Shown here: positions 29,389-38,015 of the stretch, piece by piece | Layout of the letters: every line of letters starts with the position of its first letter | Position numbering within the stretch: the first letter of the stretch is position 1 | IMG/VR virus record: IMGVR_UViG_3300025660_000003 | Coordinates: 77,697-141,696 of that record | Source of the DNA: a virus | Reading direction: 5' to 3' (one strand) | Length of the DNA stretch: 64,000 nucleotides | The notes under the pieces: generated by a model | The model's input: the letters and a program-made list of their open reading frames with translations, nothing else | Told to the model about the DNA's origin: nothing | Database searches by the model: none | Program-made: the position numbers and the translations under genes

Positions 29389-30941
29389 AGTCCCTACTGC
29401 GGTCCCTGTTCATCGGTGACGCTGGCGACAACGGGCAACTGCTTCTGAACAACTACCAGTTGTTCAACGGGTCGGGGCTTGGGTTCGACGTGCCCGAGTA
29501 CAACGCGATCTGGAAGTACATCCAGGAGTTCGTGCGGACGCACAACCACGTCCCGGCCATCCTGACCATCCGGTCGCACTTCGAGTACAGCAAAGAGGAC
29601 AGCGTCCTCGACCAGCTCAAGGCCCTGGAGGGGCTGAAGGCCCGAACGAAGGGTGACTTCCAGGGCGTCCTCGAAGACAGGGCGAACGACCGCCGCCAGC
29701 GGTTGTGGTCGGAGGCTCTCAAGGAGGCGTCGATCATCACCTCGACCGGCATGGAAGTGCAGGAGGGCCGGGAGAAGAAGCTGCTCATCGGGCCGGTGAT
29801 GTCGGCCCGGTACCTGATGGACAAGGCCCACGACGTAGTGGCTCCGACCATCGGTGGTCGGCTCTCCGGCGAGGTGACCAAGGACGGGGTGGCGGTCAGG
29901 GAGGAGTACGAGCGGGTGGAGTCTGACCCGCTGGCAGGCATCGGGCAGTTCTCGTTCCTGAAGCAGATGGACGATGCCCTGGGTGGGGCGAAGCGGCATG
30001 AGCTGTGGATTCACGCGGCCTTCACGGGCGGCATGAAGTCCACCCTGATGCTGAACTGGGCCTACAACCAGGCCGTCCTGTACGGCCACAACGCCCTGAT
30101 CTTCTCGCTGGAGATGCCGTACAGCCAGTGCCGTCGCATCCTCTACGCCATCCACTCGATTCACCCGAAGTTCCGTGAGATTCGGATGCGGTTGGGGCTC
30201 CAGCAGGACTTGGAGTCGGACGTGGGGCTGGCGTACACGGAGATCCGTGACGGCAAGCTGAGTGGCCCGGCCAAGCGGTTCTACTTCGACTTCGTGATCC
30301 CGGACTTCAACGGGACCGACGTGGTCAAGCACCCGTACATGGACTGCGACTACGGGAAGATCCACATCGAGGTAGCCGATCCCGACAAGGACGACTTCAC
30401 GATGCACGATCTCCGGTCGATGGCCGAGATCATCTACTCCAAGGAACCGTTCTCGATGATCTTCGTGGACCACTGCGGGCTGATGAGCCCCCGGCGGCAC
30501 CGCAACAGCACCACCGAGAACTTGAACGAGGTCATCCGGGACCTCAAGAAGCTGGCCCTGGGGTTCAACCGGGGCATGGGCATCGCCGTCGTGGGCCTCT
30601 TCCAGATCAGCCGCGAGGGGTACAAGAGCGCCCTCAAGGCCAAGGAGAAGACGGGCAAGGCGGGCTACAACCTGACCCACCTGTCCTACGCCAACGAGGC
30701 AGAGCGGTCTGCCGACGTGGTGACGACGACGTGGCTCGACGACGACCTGAAGAACCAGAGCAGGGTGCAGTTGAACTGCCTCAAGTCGCGCGACCAGGCT
30801 CCGTTCGACCCCTTCATCGCGCGGGTAGAGTGGCCCTGTCGTCGCCTGTTCTCCTGCTTCGAGGTGGCACGGACCCCGGAGGAGAACGCCAAGATGGGGG
30901 CCGAGATCGACAAGGCAGGCAAGGAGCTGGACGACGACTGA
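29385..30941 (+). CDS. dnaB: DnaB-like (SF4) replicative helicase
   Basis: AFTGGMKST Walker A, FSLEM, IFVDH, QISR, ERSADVV, LKSRD. Confidence 0.85.
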   Translation: MKSLLRSLFIGDAGDNGQLLLNNYQLFNGSGLGFDVPEYNAIWKYIQEFVRTHNHVPAILTIRSHFEYSKEDSVLDQLKALEGLKARTKGDFQGVLEDRANDRRQRLWSEALKEASIITSTGMEVQEGREKKLLIGPVMSARYLMDKAHDVVAPTIGGRLSGEVTKDGVAVREEYERVESDPLAGIGQFSFLKQMDDALGGAKRHELWIHAAFTGGMKSTLMLNWAYNQAVLYGHNALIFSLEMPYSQCRRILYAIHSIHPKFREIRMRLGLQQDLESDVGLAYTEIRDGKLSGPAKRFYFDFVIPDFNGTDVVKHPYMDCDYGKIHIEVADPDKDDFTMHDLRSMAEIIYSKEPFSMIFVDHCGLMSPRRHRNSTTENLNEVIRDLKKLALGFNRGMGIAVVGLFQISREGYKSALKAKEKTGKAGYNLTHLSYANEAERSADVVTTTWLDDDLKNQSRVQLNCLKSRDQAPFDPFIARVEWPCRRLFSCFEVARTPEENAKMGAEIDKAGKELDDD

Positions 30942-32956
30942 TGCCGGCCCTGACCACCATCCACGTCGCCCGTAAGCCCCTCGACGGGACGGTGGCAGAG
31001 AACGCCATCAAGCACGGCACTGGCTCCCTCAACATCAAGGAGACCCGGGTCGGCTACCAAAACGAAGCGGACATGCGCCTGGAGACACGGGGGGTCCATG
31101 TCGGTGGTGCCTATGAACATCCAGAAGGCACTGCGTTCAAGAAGGAAGTCAACCGCGTAGCACCCCCTGATACGGGGGGCCGCTGGCCCGCCAACGTCAT
31201 CCTCCAGCACCTGGCCGGCTGTGAGCGGGTGGGTGAGCGGGAAGTGACCTCCGGCAACGGTGCCGACACCATGACCCCCACCACGCACGAGGGGCCGGCG
31301 AAGTTCGGATACAGCCCGGAGCGGCACCAGTTCAACTACGGCAAGGAGACGGTCGATCACTGGGACTGTGCAGACGGCTGCCCTGTGGCCGATGTCGATG
31401 AGCAGAGCGGGGTGTCGAAGGGGACTGGGGGCACTATCTCCGGGCAGACGGCTTTCGGACAGAACCTGGGCTGGAACCCCCACCAGAACCGACCCACACC
31501 TATCGTCCGGCAGAACGACGAAGGCGGGGCCTCTCGATTCTTCAAGCAGGTCACCACAGATGAGGATCTCGACATGCCGGCTTTGAGCACCGTCCACATG
31601 GCCAGGAAGCCCCTCGAAGGGACGGTGGCCGCCAACGCCCTGAAGTACGGCACCGGCTCCCTCAACATCGGGGCGACCCGCATCGGCAGCTCCGGGGGGA
31701 CCAAGCGAGTCGGACAGGCCACCACACCGACACCTCAGGGGTGGGCCAACATGGGCGGCCACGACATCGCATCGCTGCCTGATGGCCGCTGGCCGGCGAA
31801 CGTCATCCTCGAACACCTGCCTGACTGCCAGTGCGACGGGACACGGAAGGTGAAGGGCGTCAAGGGTGGGTTCACCCCCGGGAGCACGGGGGCCTTCGGC
31901 CACAACTCGACCTACGGCCTCGCAGAGGGGGTCGAGGGCGACCCTGCTGAGGGCACCGGGTACACCGACGCAGAGGGCAACGAGGAGATTGACCACTGGG
32001 TGTGTGCCCCTGGCTGCCCCATCGCTGACATCGACGAGCAGAGCGGGGTCACGGTCGCCAAGAAGTCCATGCGTGGAGTGGGCTACTCCGACAGCGATGT
32101 CTACGGTCAAGGTGACGGGGAGTTCGACACCGTTCGGGGGTTCGACGACCAGGGGGGAGCCTCCCGCTACTTCAAGCAGTCGCAGTACGACCTGATCGAG
32201 TACCTCCGGGCGATGATCTCGACCCCGACCCACCGGGCCTTCGTCATCGACATGGAGACCTACCCCCTCTGGCCCGGGGACCAGCTTCTCGCGAAGCCGG
32301 GCTCGGTGGTCGGCCTGGTGGTCCGGGGAGCCATCGAGCAGGAGCACGTTGACGAGTTCATGCGCCTCCTGCCTCCCGGCGGCCACGTCCTTCTCATCGC
32401 TCCCGACTCGCAGCCCACCGGACACACGGGGGCGATTCTTCTGGAAGATGGCGGCTTCGAGATCCGGGACGCCATCCTTGTCGTTCGAGGCCCGGGACGA
32501 GCGCACTACGTCGCGAAGGCCGGGCGAAGGGAGCGGGAGGCCGGCTGCGGGCACCTCAAGGGCAAGGCCGGGCACGAGGCCGTGGAGCGCAAGGAAGGCT
32601 CCGCTGGGGTGGACAACCCCAGGGCAGGAGCTGGGCGGACGGCAGAGCACGTCAAGAACTTCCATCCGACCGTCAAGCCCATCGCGGTGATGGAACGACT
32701 GCTCGCTGATGTCCCCGAGGGTGTGACGGTGCTCGACCCCTTCCTCGGCTCCGGGACGACGGGGATCGCCTGCTCGAAGACCGGACACAGCTTCATCGGC
32801 ATCGAGCGGGAGGCGGAGTACCTGGAGATCGCGGACGCCAGGGTGAGGCACTGGGACCGAGCCCACGTCGGCTGGCAGGGGGCGGACATCGAGTCGGACC
32901 ACAAGGTGCCGGAGGTCGAAGTGGAGCCGATGGACCTGATGGACCTCTTCGGATGA
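30941..32956 (+). CDS. DNA amino-methyltransferase C-terminal half (SAM-binding) with duplicated ~210-aa module; lacks DPPY
   Basis: ARKPLxGTVAxNA..GTGSLNI..GRWPANVIL..GASRxFKQ twice, then HPTVKP and VLDPFLGSGTTG. Confidence 0.85.
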   Translation: MPALTTIHVARKPLDGTVAENAIKHGTGSLNIKETRVGYQNEADMRLETRGVHVGGAYEHPEGTAFKKEVNRVAPPDTGGRWPANVILQHLAGCERVGEREVTSGNGADTMTPTTHEGPAKFGYSPERHQFNYGKETVDHWDCADGCPVADVDEQSGVSKGTGGTISGQTAFGQNLGWNPHQNRPTPIVRQNDEGGASRFFKQVTTDEDLDMPALSTVHMARKPLEGTVAANALKYGTGSLNIGATRIGSSGGTKRVGQATTPTPQGWANMGGHDIASLPDGRWPANVILEHLPDCQCDGTRKVKGVKGGFTPGSTGAFGHNSTYGLAEGVEGDPAEGTGYTDAEGNEEIDHWVCAPGCPIADIDEQSGVTVAKKSMRGVGYSDSDVYGQGDGEFDTVRGFDDQGGASRYFKQSQYDLIEYLRAMISTPTHRAFVIDMETYPLWPGDQLLAKPGSVVGLVVRGAIEQEHVDEFMRLLPPGGHVLLIAPDSQPTGHTGAILLEDGGFEIRDAILVVRGPGRAHYVAKAGRREREAGCGHLKGKAGHEAVERKEGSAGVDNPRAGAGRTAEHVKNFHPTVKPIAVMERLLADVPEGVTVLDPFLGSGTTGIACSKTGHSFIGIEREAEYLEIADARVRHWDRAHVGWQGADIESDHKVPEVEVEPMDLMDLFG

Positions 32957-32962
32957 CAAGGG

Positions 32963-33745
32963 TCAGCGACCCAGGGCCATTCTCACTGATTTCTCGGGGT
33001 CGGCTTTGAAGTCTATTTCCCACACTTCCACTACAGGGACACCTTGAGCAGCGAGGAACGCGAGCTTTCTTTTGTACCTGGAGGCGGTGCGCTTCTGCGA
33101 AGAGTATTTGGGGCCGTTGGGGTAAGCGCGGGGGTCGGCGTGCCAGAAGGTCCCGTTGAACTCCAGGGCGGTGTTGATGATGGGCAGGTAGTAGTCCACC
33201 ACAGCCGCGAATCGTCCGTGATCCCCCCTCATCCGATGCTGTGCCTGGTACGTGACGCCGAGCTGGTCGAGAATGGGGGCAACCTGCTGTTCCAGCTTGG
33301 ACACGCGAGGGATGCGGCCCTCGCTGATAGCTCTGGCGACGGACAAGGAGATTTTGGCCTTGGTCTCCTCTGTGTGGGCATAGCGGCCCTCGGCTTTCCT
33401 CCGGGTGTTTTGCCTGATCATCCGCAAACCCTGAGCTTGTCGGGTGGCCTCTGGGACGACATAGGGCTTGGTGACGACTCGCTGCACCAGCCCAGTCGAT
33501 CGGGCCTTGTAGGCGCAATCGGGGGAACACAGCAAGACATCGGTCTTCGACCTGGCCACCCGGGATGGCGGGCGGGTCACAGGAACTCCACAGACTCCAC
33601 ACGGTTCAGTAGATGAGGTGGACTTGTTGGAGGCCCGTAGCGAGTAAGAGCAGGTACGAGAGCAAGTCGTCTGCCGGCCATGTTTGAGGCGGGTAGGGTC
33701 GGCTTCGTAGGGCGTCCCGCAGACGGGACATCGACGTTTAACCAA
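32963..33745 (-). mobile_element. Free-standing Vsr/DUF559-like homing endonuclease with Cys repeats and NUMOD3-like motif (start uncertain)
   Basis: CPVCG..CSRTC, HTEETKAKIS, SKLEQ..VDYYL..LEFNGTFWH..VWE; inverted orientation; atypical codon usage. Confidence 0.75.
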
Positions 33746-33755
33746 GGAGCACCCC

Positions 33756-33884
33756 GTGGGTGAAGGAGAACACAGCCGTAGGGCGCAGGTGATCCGGCTC
33801 CGACTCGGAGATTGCATCAGGGTGCTTCGTCACCTCGATGCAGAGTCGGTTGATGCCGTGGTCACTGATCCGCCCTACGGTTGA
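33756..33884 (+). CDS. Methyltransferase extreme N-terminal fragment ending in the catalytic DPPYG (42 aa)
   Basis: AAGGAG RBS + GTG; reads ...LRLGDCIRVLRHLDAESVDAVVTDPPYG-TGA; not in the ORF track. Confidence 0.8.
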   Translation: MGEGEHSRRAQVIRLRLGDCIRVLRHLDAESVDAVVTDPPYG

Positions 33885-35641
33885 CCATACCTGGACTGGA
33901 GTTCATGGGGAAGGACTGGGACGCCCCCTGGAAGCTCGGGGCCGGGATGATGAAGCCTGGCATCGGCGACCGGGACATCCCCTGGCCTGCCTACGGAGCC
34001 CAGAAGTTCGGGGGCTCGAACCCCACCTGTCAGACCTGCGGCGGTCGGGCGAGGGGCAGCAACAGGTGTTCCTGCGAGGAGCCTGACTGGCACGTCAGCG
34101 GGAAGCCCCTGTCTGACGACGTGAACGACTCTGCCAGCCCGGTAGTTCAGCGACAGCGGTTCCAGGCCTGGTGCGTCCTCTGGCTGGTGGAGGTCTACCG
34201 GGTGCTCAAGCCTGGTGGGGTCATCAAGGTCTTCGGAGCGACCCGGATGTTCCACCGGATGGCGGCGGCGATGGAGGAGGCGGGGTTCTTCCTCCCGCCT
34301 GAGCACAGCCTGGAAGCCTGGATGTATGGGTGCCTGTCTGAGGACACTGAGGTATTGACCGAGGACGGGTGGGCTCCCTACCATAGAGCCACGGTTGGAA
34401 CGCTGGTGATGGGGTTCGACCCTGTGACGGAGCGGTTCATCCAGCAGCCTGTGGAGGAGACCTTTGAGTACCCCTACGACCGAGAGGCTTTCCGAATCCA
34501 CGGAGACGGAACTGACCAGATCGTTTCCGTCAAGCACCGCTGTCTCGTCGGGCGAGACGGTAAGTGGGAGGTCGTCGTCTCGGGCGACCTGGCGGAAACT
34601 GAGACAATGCCCTGCCTGCAAAGCGGAGTTCATTCCGAAGGCGTCGGGTCAGAAGGCATGTGGGCGCTCCTGCTCGAACCGGCTGCGGGTCTACAAGAAG
34701 AAGCCCTTGTCCGAGCGGAAGGGCCGGATGGTGGCCTGCTCGGTCTGCGGGACCGAGAAGTGGTACGCGGAGGCGTGGCTGCGGAAGGGCATCAAGCAGC
34801 CGACGTGTTCCAGGAGGTGCAACGGAGTGCATCGGGGGCAGGACTGGGCGAAGCACGGGCACAAGGGAGCGGAAGCCAGAACACCAGAGAGCTACCAGCG
34901 TGCCGCCCAGAAGATGACCGGCTCGAAGAACCCGGCATGGAAGGGCGGGGTGACGTACGTGTCCCACAGAGGGAACTACAAGCGGACCAAATGCGTCCGT
35001 TGTCCGCCGGAGTATCGGTCGATGGCTCGGTCGAACGGGTACGTCGCAGAGCACAGGCTCCTGGTGGCGAGGGAACTGGGCCGAATGTTGACGAGGACCG
35101 AAGTGGTTCATCATGTGAACCACGACTCTCAGGACAATCGGCTGGTGAACCTGATGCTGTTCGCCTCGAATCGGGATCACAAGCTGTTCGAGCACCACGG
35201 AGCACCAGCCCCGATCTGGTGCGGGTCAGCGCACGAGTCGAGCGTATCCACTACACCGGCACCGTCTGGTGCGTGAGGGTGCCTACCGGGGCTTTCGTGG
35301 TCCGCCGCAAGGGCATGGCATTCGTCACTGGCAACAGCGGCTTTCCGAAGTACCTCAACACCAGCAAGGCCATCGACAAGGCGGCTCGTGGGGTGCCACA
35401 AGGAGGACCCGACGAGACCAGCCCGAACCACGGCAAGTACAAGACACAGGCCACTGAGGGTTCCCGTGGGTCGGCTGATGTGGGTCAGGGGTACGGTGCC
35501 GGTCCAGGGGCCTTCATGCGTGAGGCCGGGACTCTGGTGGACCTCCCGTTGACGACGCCCGATGCAGAAAAGTTCGACGGATGGGCCACGGCTCTGAAAC
35601 CAGGGTGGGAGCCATTTCTGGTAGGAGTGAAAGCAGAATGA
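33881..35641 (+). CDS. Methyltransferase N-terminal/central portion containing an intein
   Basis: GLEFMGKDWD, YRVLKPGG, FGATRMFHRM, WMYG|SGFPK, GWATALKPGWEP; in the -1 frame relative to the DPPYG fragment. Confidence 0.85.
   Translation: MTIPGLEFMGKDWDAPWKLGAGMMKPGIGDRDIPWPAYGAQKFGGSNPTCQTCGGRARGSNRCSCEEPDWHVSGKPLSDDVNDSASPVVQRQRFQAWCVLWLVEVYRVLKPGGVIKVFGATRMFHRMAAAMEEAGFFLPPEHSLEAWMYGCLSEDTEVLTEDGWAPYHRATVGTLVMGFDPVTERFIQQPVEETFEYPYDREAFRIHGDGTDQIVSVKHRCLVGRDGKWEVVVSGDLAETETMPCLQSGVHSEGVGSEGMWALLLEPAAGLQEEALVRAEGPDGGLLGLRDREVVRGGVAAEGHQAADVFQEVQRSASGAGLGEARAQGSGSQNTRELPACRPEDDRLEEPGMEGRGDVRVPQRELQADQMRPLSAGVSVDGSVERVRRRAQAPGGEGTGPNVDEDRSGSSCEPRLSGQSAGEPDAVRLESGSQAVRAPRSTSPDLVRVSARVERIHYTGTVWCVRVPTGAFVVRRKGMAFVTGNSGFPKYLNTSKAIDKAARGVPQGGPDETSPNHGKYKTQATEGSRGSADVGQGYGAGPGAFMREAGTLVDLPLTTPDAEKFDGWATALKPGWEPFLVGVKAE
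34331..35335 (+). mobile_element. Intein (335 aa) at WMYG|SGFPK
   Basis: Begins CLSEDTEVLTEDGW, block B VSVKHRCLV, ends YTGTVWCVRVPTGAFVVRRKGMAFVTGN; +1 residue Ser. Confidence 0.9.
34464..35276 (+). CDS. HNH homing endonuclease overprinted in the +1 frame inside the intein
   Basis: CPACK..CGRSC, CSVCG..CSRRC, GSKNPAWKGG, YVAEHRL..VVHHVNHDSQDNRLVNL; GGAGG 6 nt upstream of the TTG. Confidence 0.85.
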   Translation: MSTPTTERLSESTETELTRSFPSSTAVSSGETVSGRSSSRATWRKLRQCPACKAEFIPKASGQKACGRSCSNRLRVYKKKPLSERKGRMVACSVCGTEKWYAEAWLRKGIKQPTCSRRCNGVHRGQDWAKHGHKGAEARTPESYQRAAQKMTGSKNPAWKGGVTYVSHRGNYKRTKCVRCPPEYRSMARSNGYVAEHRLLVARELGRMLTRTEVVHHVNHDSQDNRLVNLMLFASNRDHKLFEHHGAPAPIWCGSAHESSVSTTPAPSGA

Positions 35642-35991
35642 GCGACGAGAACAAGCCGAACGACATGGACCACCTCTGCCCTGGCATCGAGAAGACGGTC
35701 CACTGGCTCCAGAGCCACGGGTTCAAGACCACCGACTCCGGTGATGGGGTGAGCAACGAGGGGATGGAGTGCGCCATCGACTTCCCGAACGTCTTCATGG
35801 TCACGGAGCCCCAGCACCTCATCCCCGAGTGCAAGAGGCTGATGAAGGTGCTCGCCGAGAAGGGCATCCAGTGTGGGGGCATGACGATGGACGGGGCACC
35901 GAAGCCGCACATCGAGGGCTCCTACGACCCCTCGGACGGCAACGCCATCATCAGCCTGTTCTATGTGGACGACAAGAAGCTGTTCGGGTAG
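35638..35991 (+). CDS. Hypothetical protein (117 aa)
   Basis: ATGA overlap; GFKTTDSGDG motif. Confidence 0.6.
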   Translation: MSDENKPNDMDHLCPGIEKTVHWLQSHGFKTTDSGDGVSNEGMECAIDFPNVFMVTEPQHLIPECKRLMKVLAEKGIQCGGMTMDGAPKPHIEGSYDPSDGNAIISLFYVDDKKLFG

Positions 35992-36023
35992 GCACAATCC
36001 CCGTCCACAGCACTGAGGAGCCC

Positions 36024-36374
36024 ATGCGTCTACGTCCTGATGAACAGCCTGTGTGGAACGATGACGGCACCTGGTCGTGTCGCCGTCACATCCCGCAGCA
36101 TCGCTACCACGCGACCGCACCCCGCTGCCTGATGGGCTGTCCCATCGAGCGACCGGAGCGGCCTGGGGCGAAGCTCACGGTGGTCCCGGAGCCGGTGGAA
36201 CTACCCTGGCAGGACTTCGACCAGCTCGACGCAGATGCCCTGGCGACCTACGACATCCATCGGCTGCGGAAGTACGCGGCGAACGTGCTGCTCATCCGGG
36301 GTGCATCGAAGATCAGGGGCGGCAAGCCCGTCCTGATCGCTCGCATTCTGAAGCACCGCAGGGCTGTGGCCTAG
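36024..36374 (+). CDS. Hypothetical protein with C-terminal HeH/Rho-N-like helices
   Basis: GAGGAG RBS; LRKYAANVLLIRGASKIRGGKPVLIARIL. Confidence 0.55.
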   Translation: MRLRPDEQPVWNDDGTWSCRRHIPQHRYHATAPRCLMGCPIERPERPGAKLTVVPEPVELPWQDFDQLDADALATYDIHRLRKYAANVLLIRGASKIRGGKPVLIARILKHRRAVA

Positions 36375-37245
36375 AGCCAGTCGAGCGTCACACCATGCAG
36401 GCGGATTCCGTCGCCTCTGCACCACAGGATCTTCTCTTTCCGCCAGCCGTCCGGCATGACGACCTCTCCGTGGAGCCGGGTCAGAGCCTTGGAGCCGGTC
36501 GAGAGGATGCCGAAGTGGTCCCACCCGTGCTTGATCTGCTCGGCCCACATCCGGTCGAAGCGGGCTTGCGGGGTGCTCGGCCCGTTGTGGCGGACGCCCA
36601 TCCAGACCGTCTTGATCTTGCCGTCCACCCTGGCCCGCCCGAGGTAGATCCTCTGCTCGTTCGATCCGAAGACCTTGAACTGGTAGACCCCACCGACCAC
36701 CAGATCCTTGACGCGGATGGTGACCACCTTGGGCTTCGCGGCCCTCTCCTTGGCCTTCACCTTGGTCACTTCGTCCGCCGGGGTGTAGAGCGCATGGGCC
36801 TTCGACCCGACCTGCTCCAGCCGGAGCTGTGAGCCGTTCTGGCACCACTGGAATGAGGCCGGGATGATGCCGCTCTTCGGGAGCCCCTTCGCCAGCAGGA
36901 TGGGCAGGAACACGTCTTCCCGCAGGTCCACAAGGTAGCCCTCGGGGCTGACGACCTTCCAGGCCCGACCACCCTCGCCCCGCTGCTCGGCGTCCACGAT
37001 GCGGTAGCCCTTCTTGGGGGTGTTCTCGACCTCGACGCCCTGCACCTGGGCCAGCTTCCGCTGGTTGCCACTGGGATACCAGTGGATGCCGGAGGACCAG
37101 CTCCTCGCCTTCAGCAACGTCTTGCTCTTCGGGTTCCCGGCCACGCGGTCAGACAGGGGAAGGCGGGGGTGAACGTGCCATAGGCCGGGGTGGTCTGAGT
37201 TCGCCCACAGAAGACGACGACCTTGTTCGGGATGTAGCCCTTCAT
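36371..37245 (-). CDS. Hypothetical protein with an apparent -1 frame break near 37156
   Basis: ATG at 37245 (ATGA overlap) reads MKGYIPNKVVVF..TPAFP in GC3-rich codons; the body continues in the -1 frame after TTCCCCTG. Confidence 0.55.
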
Positions 37246-38015
37246 CCGGCCTCCTCGTCATCCGGCTGGACGATGACCTTGCCGATGGGTGCCGGGGCCT
37301 CGTAGCCCTCCGGCTTTTTCAGGTACGCGGCCACCAGGAAATCAGGGACCAGGAGGCAGTGCTCGATCAGGTTGAGGTTGCGACGGATGTACCCCTGCCG
37401 CTGCTCATCCGTGAGCCACGGGCAGCGTCGTGCGAGCCGGTGGCAGTCGCGGAGGAGCCGGTCGATGGCGGCGTGACGGTCGCGGCTCTCGTGGGGGCTG
37501 GAGTGCCACATCTGCTCGGTGGCCTCCTTCAAGGCGACCTTGTCGAAGCCCTTGGAGCCGTTGCACGCGATGAGGCGGCACCACATCTCGCCGTAGTCGT
37601 GGGTCGAGTCGTCGATGATGATGAACGGGGTGCCGATCAGGTCGTTCTCGATGAGGTACTCACGGATGGGGTGGCCCCCGCCGCGAGTGCTGCTGGTCTG
37701 GCCCACCAGACACTCCGGGTTTTTGAAGCCCGCCGCCGTGAACATCACCTTCATCTCGTCCAGCGTGTTCGTGTTCCATGCCGTGTTGAATACGATCCGG
37801 GTGTCGAAGCGATGCCGCTGGATGAGGCGTCCGATGTGCCCCACGAGATCCGGGTTCAGCTTCCCGTGGTGCGGGCCACCGTGCTTGTTGCACACCCCGT
37901 CGATGTCGAGGAACACCAGCACCTTCGTCGCCCCGTAGCGGTGGTGGTGCGGCGGCTGCCAGGTGGTGAACCCTTGGGCGGGGGTGCCGGGTGGGGGGGT
38001 GATGATGGGGCTCAC
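37242..38015 (-). CDS. HAD-family phosphatase (HAD_SAK_2-like)
   Basis: VFLDIDGVCN, IVFNTAW, FIIIDD motifs. Confidence 0.75.
   Translation of the reverse strand: MSPIITPPPGTPAQGFTTWQPPHHHRYGATKVLVFLDIDGVCNKHGGPHHGKLNPDLVGHIGRLIQRHRFDTRIVFNTAWNTNTLDEMKVMFTAAGFKNPECLVGQTSSTRGGGHPIREYLIENDLIGTPFIIIDDSTHDYGEMWCRLIACNGSKGFDKVALKEATEQMWHSSPHESRDRHAAIDRLLRDCHRLARRCPWLTDEQRQGYIRRNLNLIEHCLLVPDFLVAAYLKKPEGYEAPAPIGKVIVQPDDEEAG

Noticed and set aside
33882-33884. TGA readthrough or alternative genetic code
   Set aside because: The same frame continues with non-MTase sequence to another TGA within ~22 codons. TGA and TAG act as normal coupled stops throughout the window.
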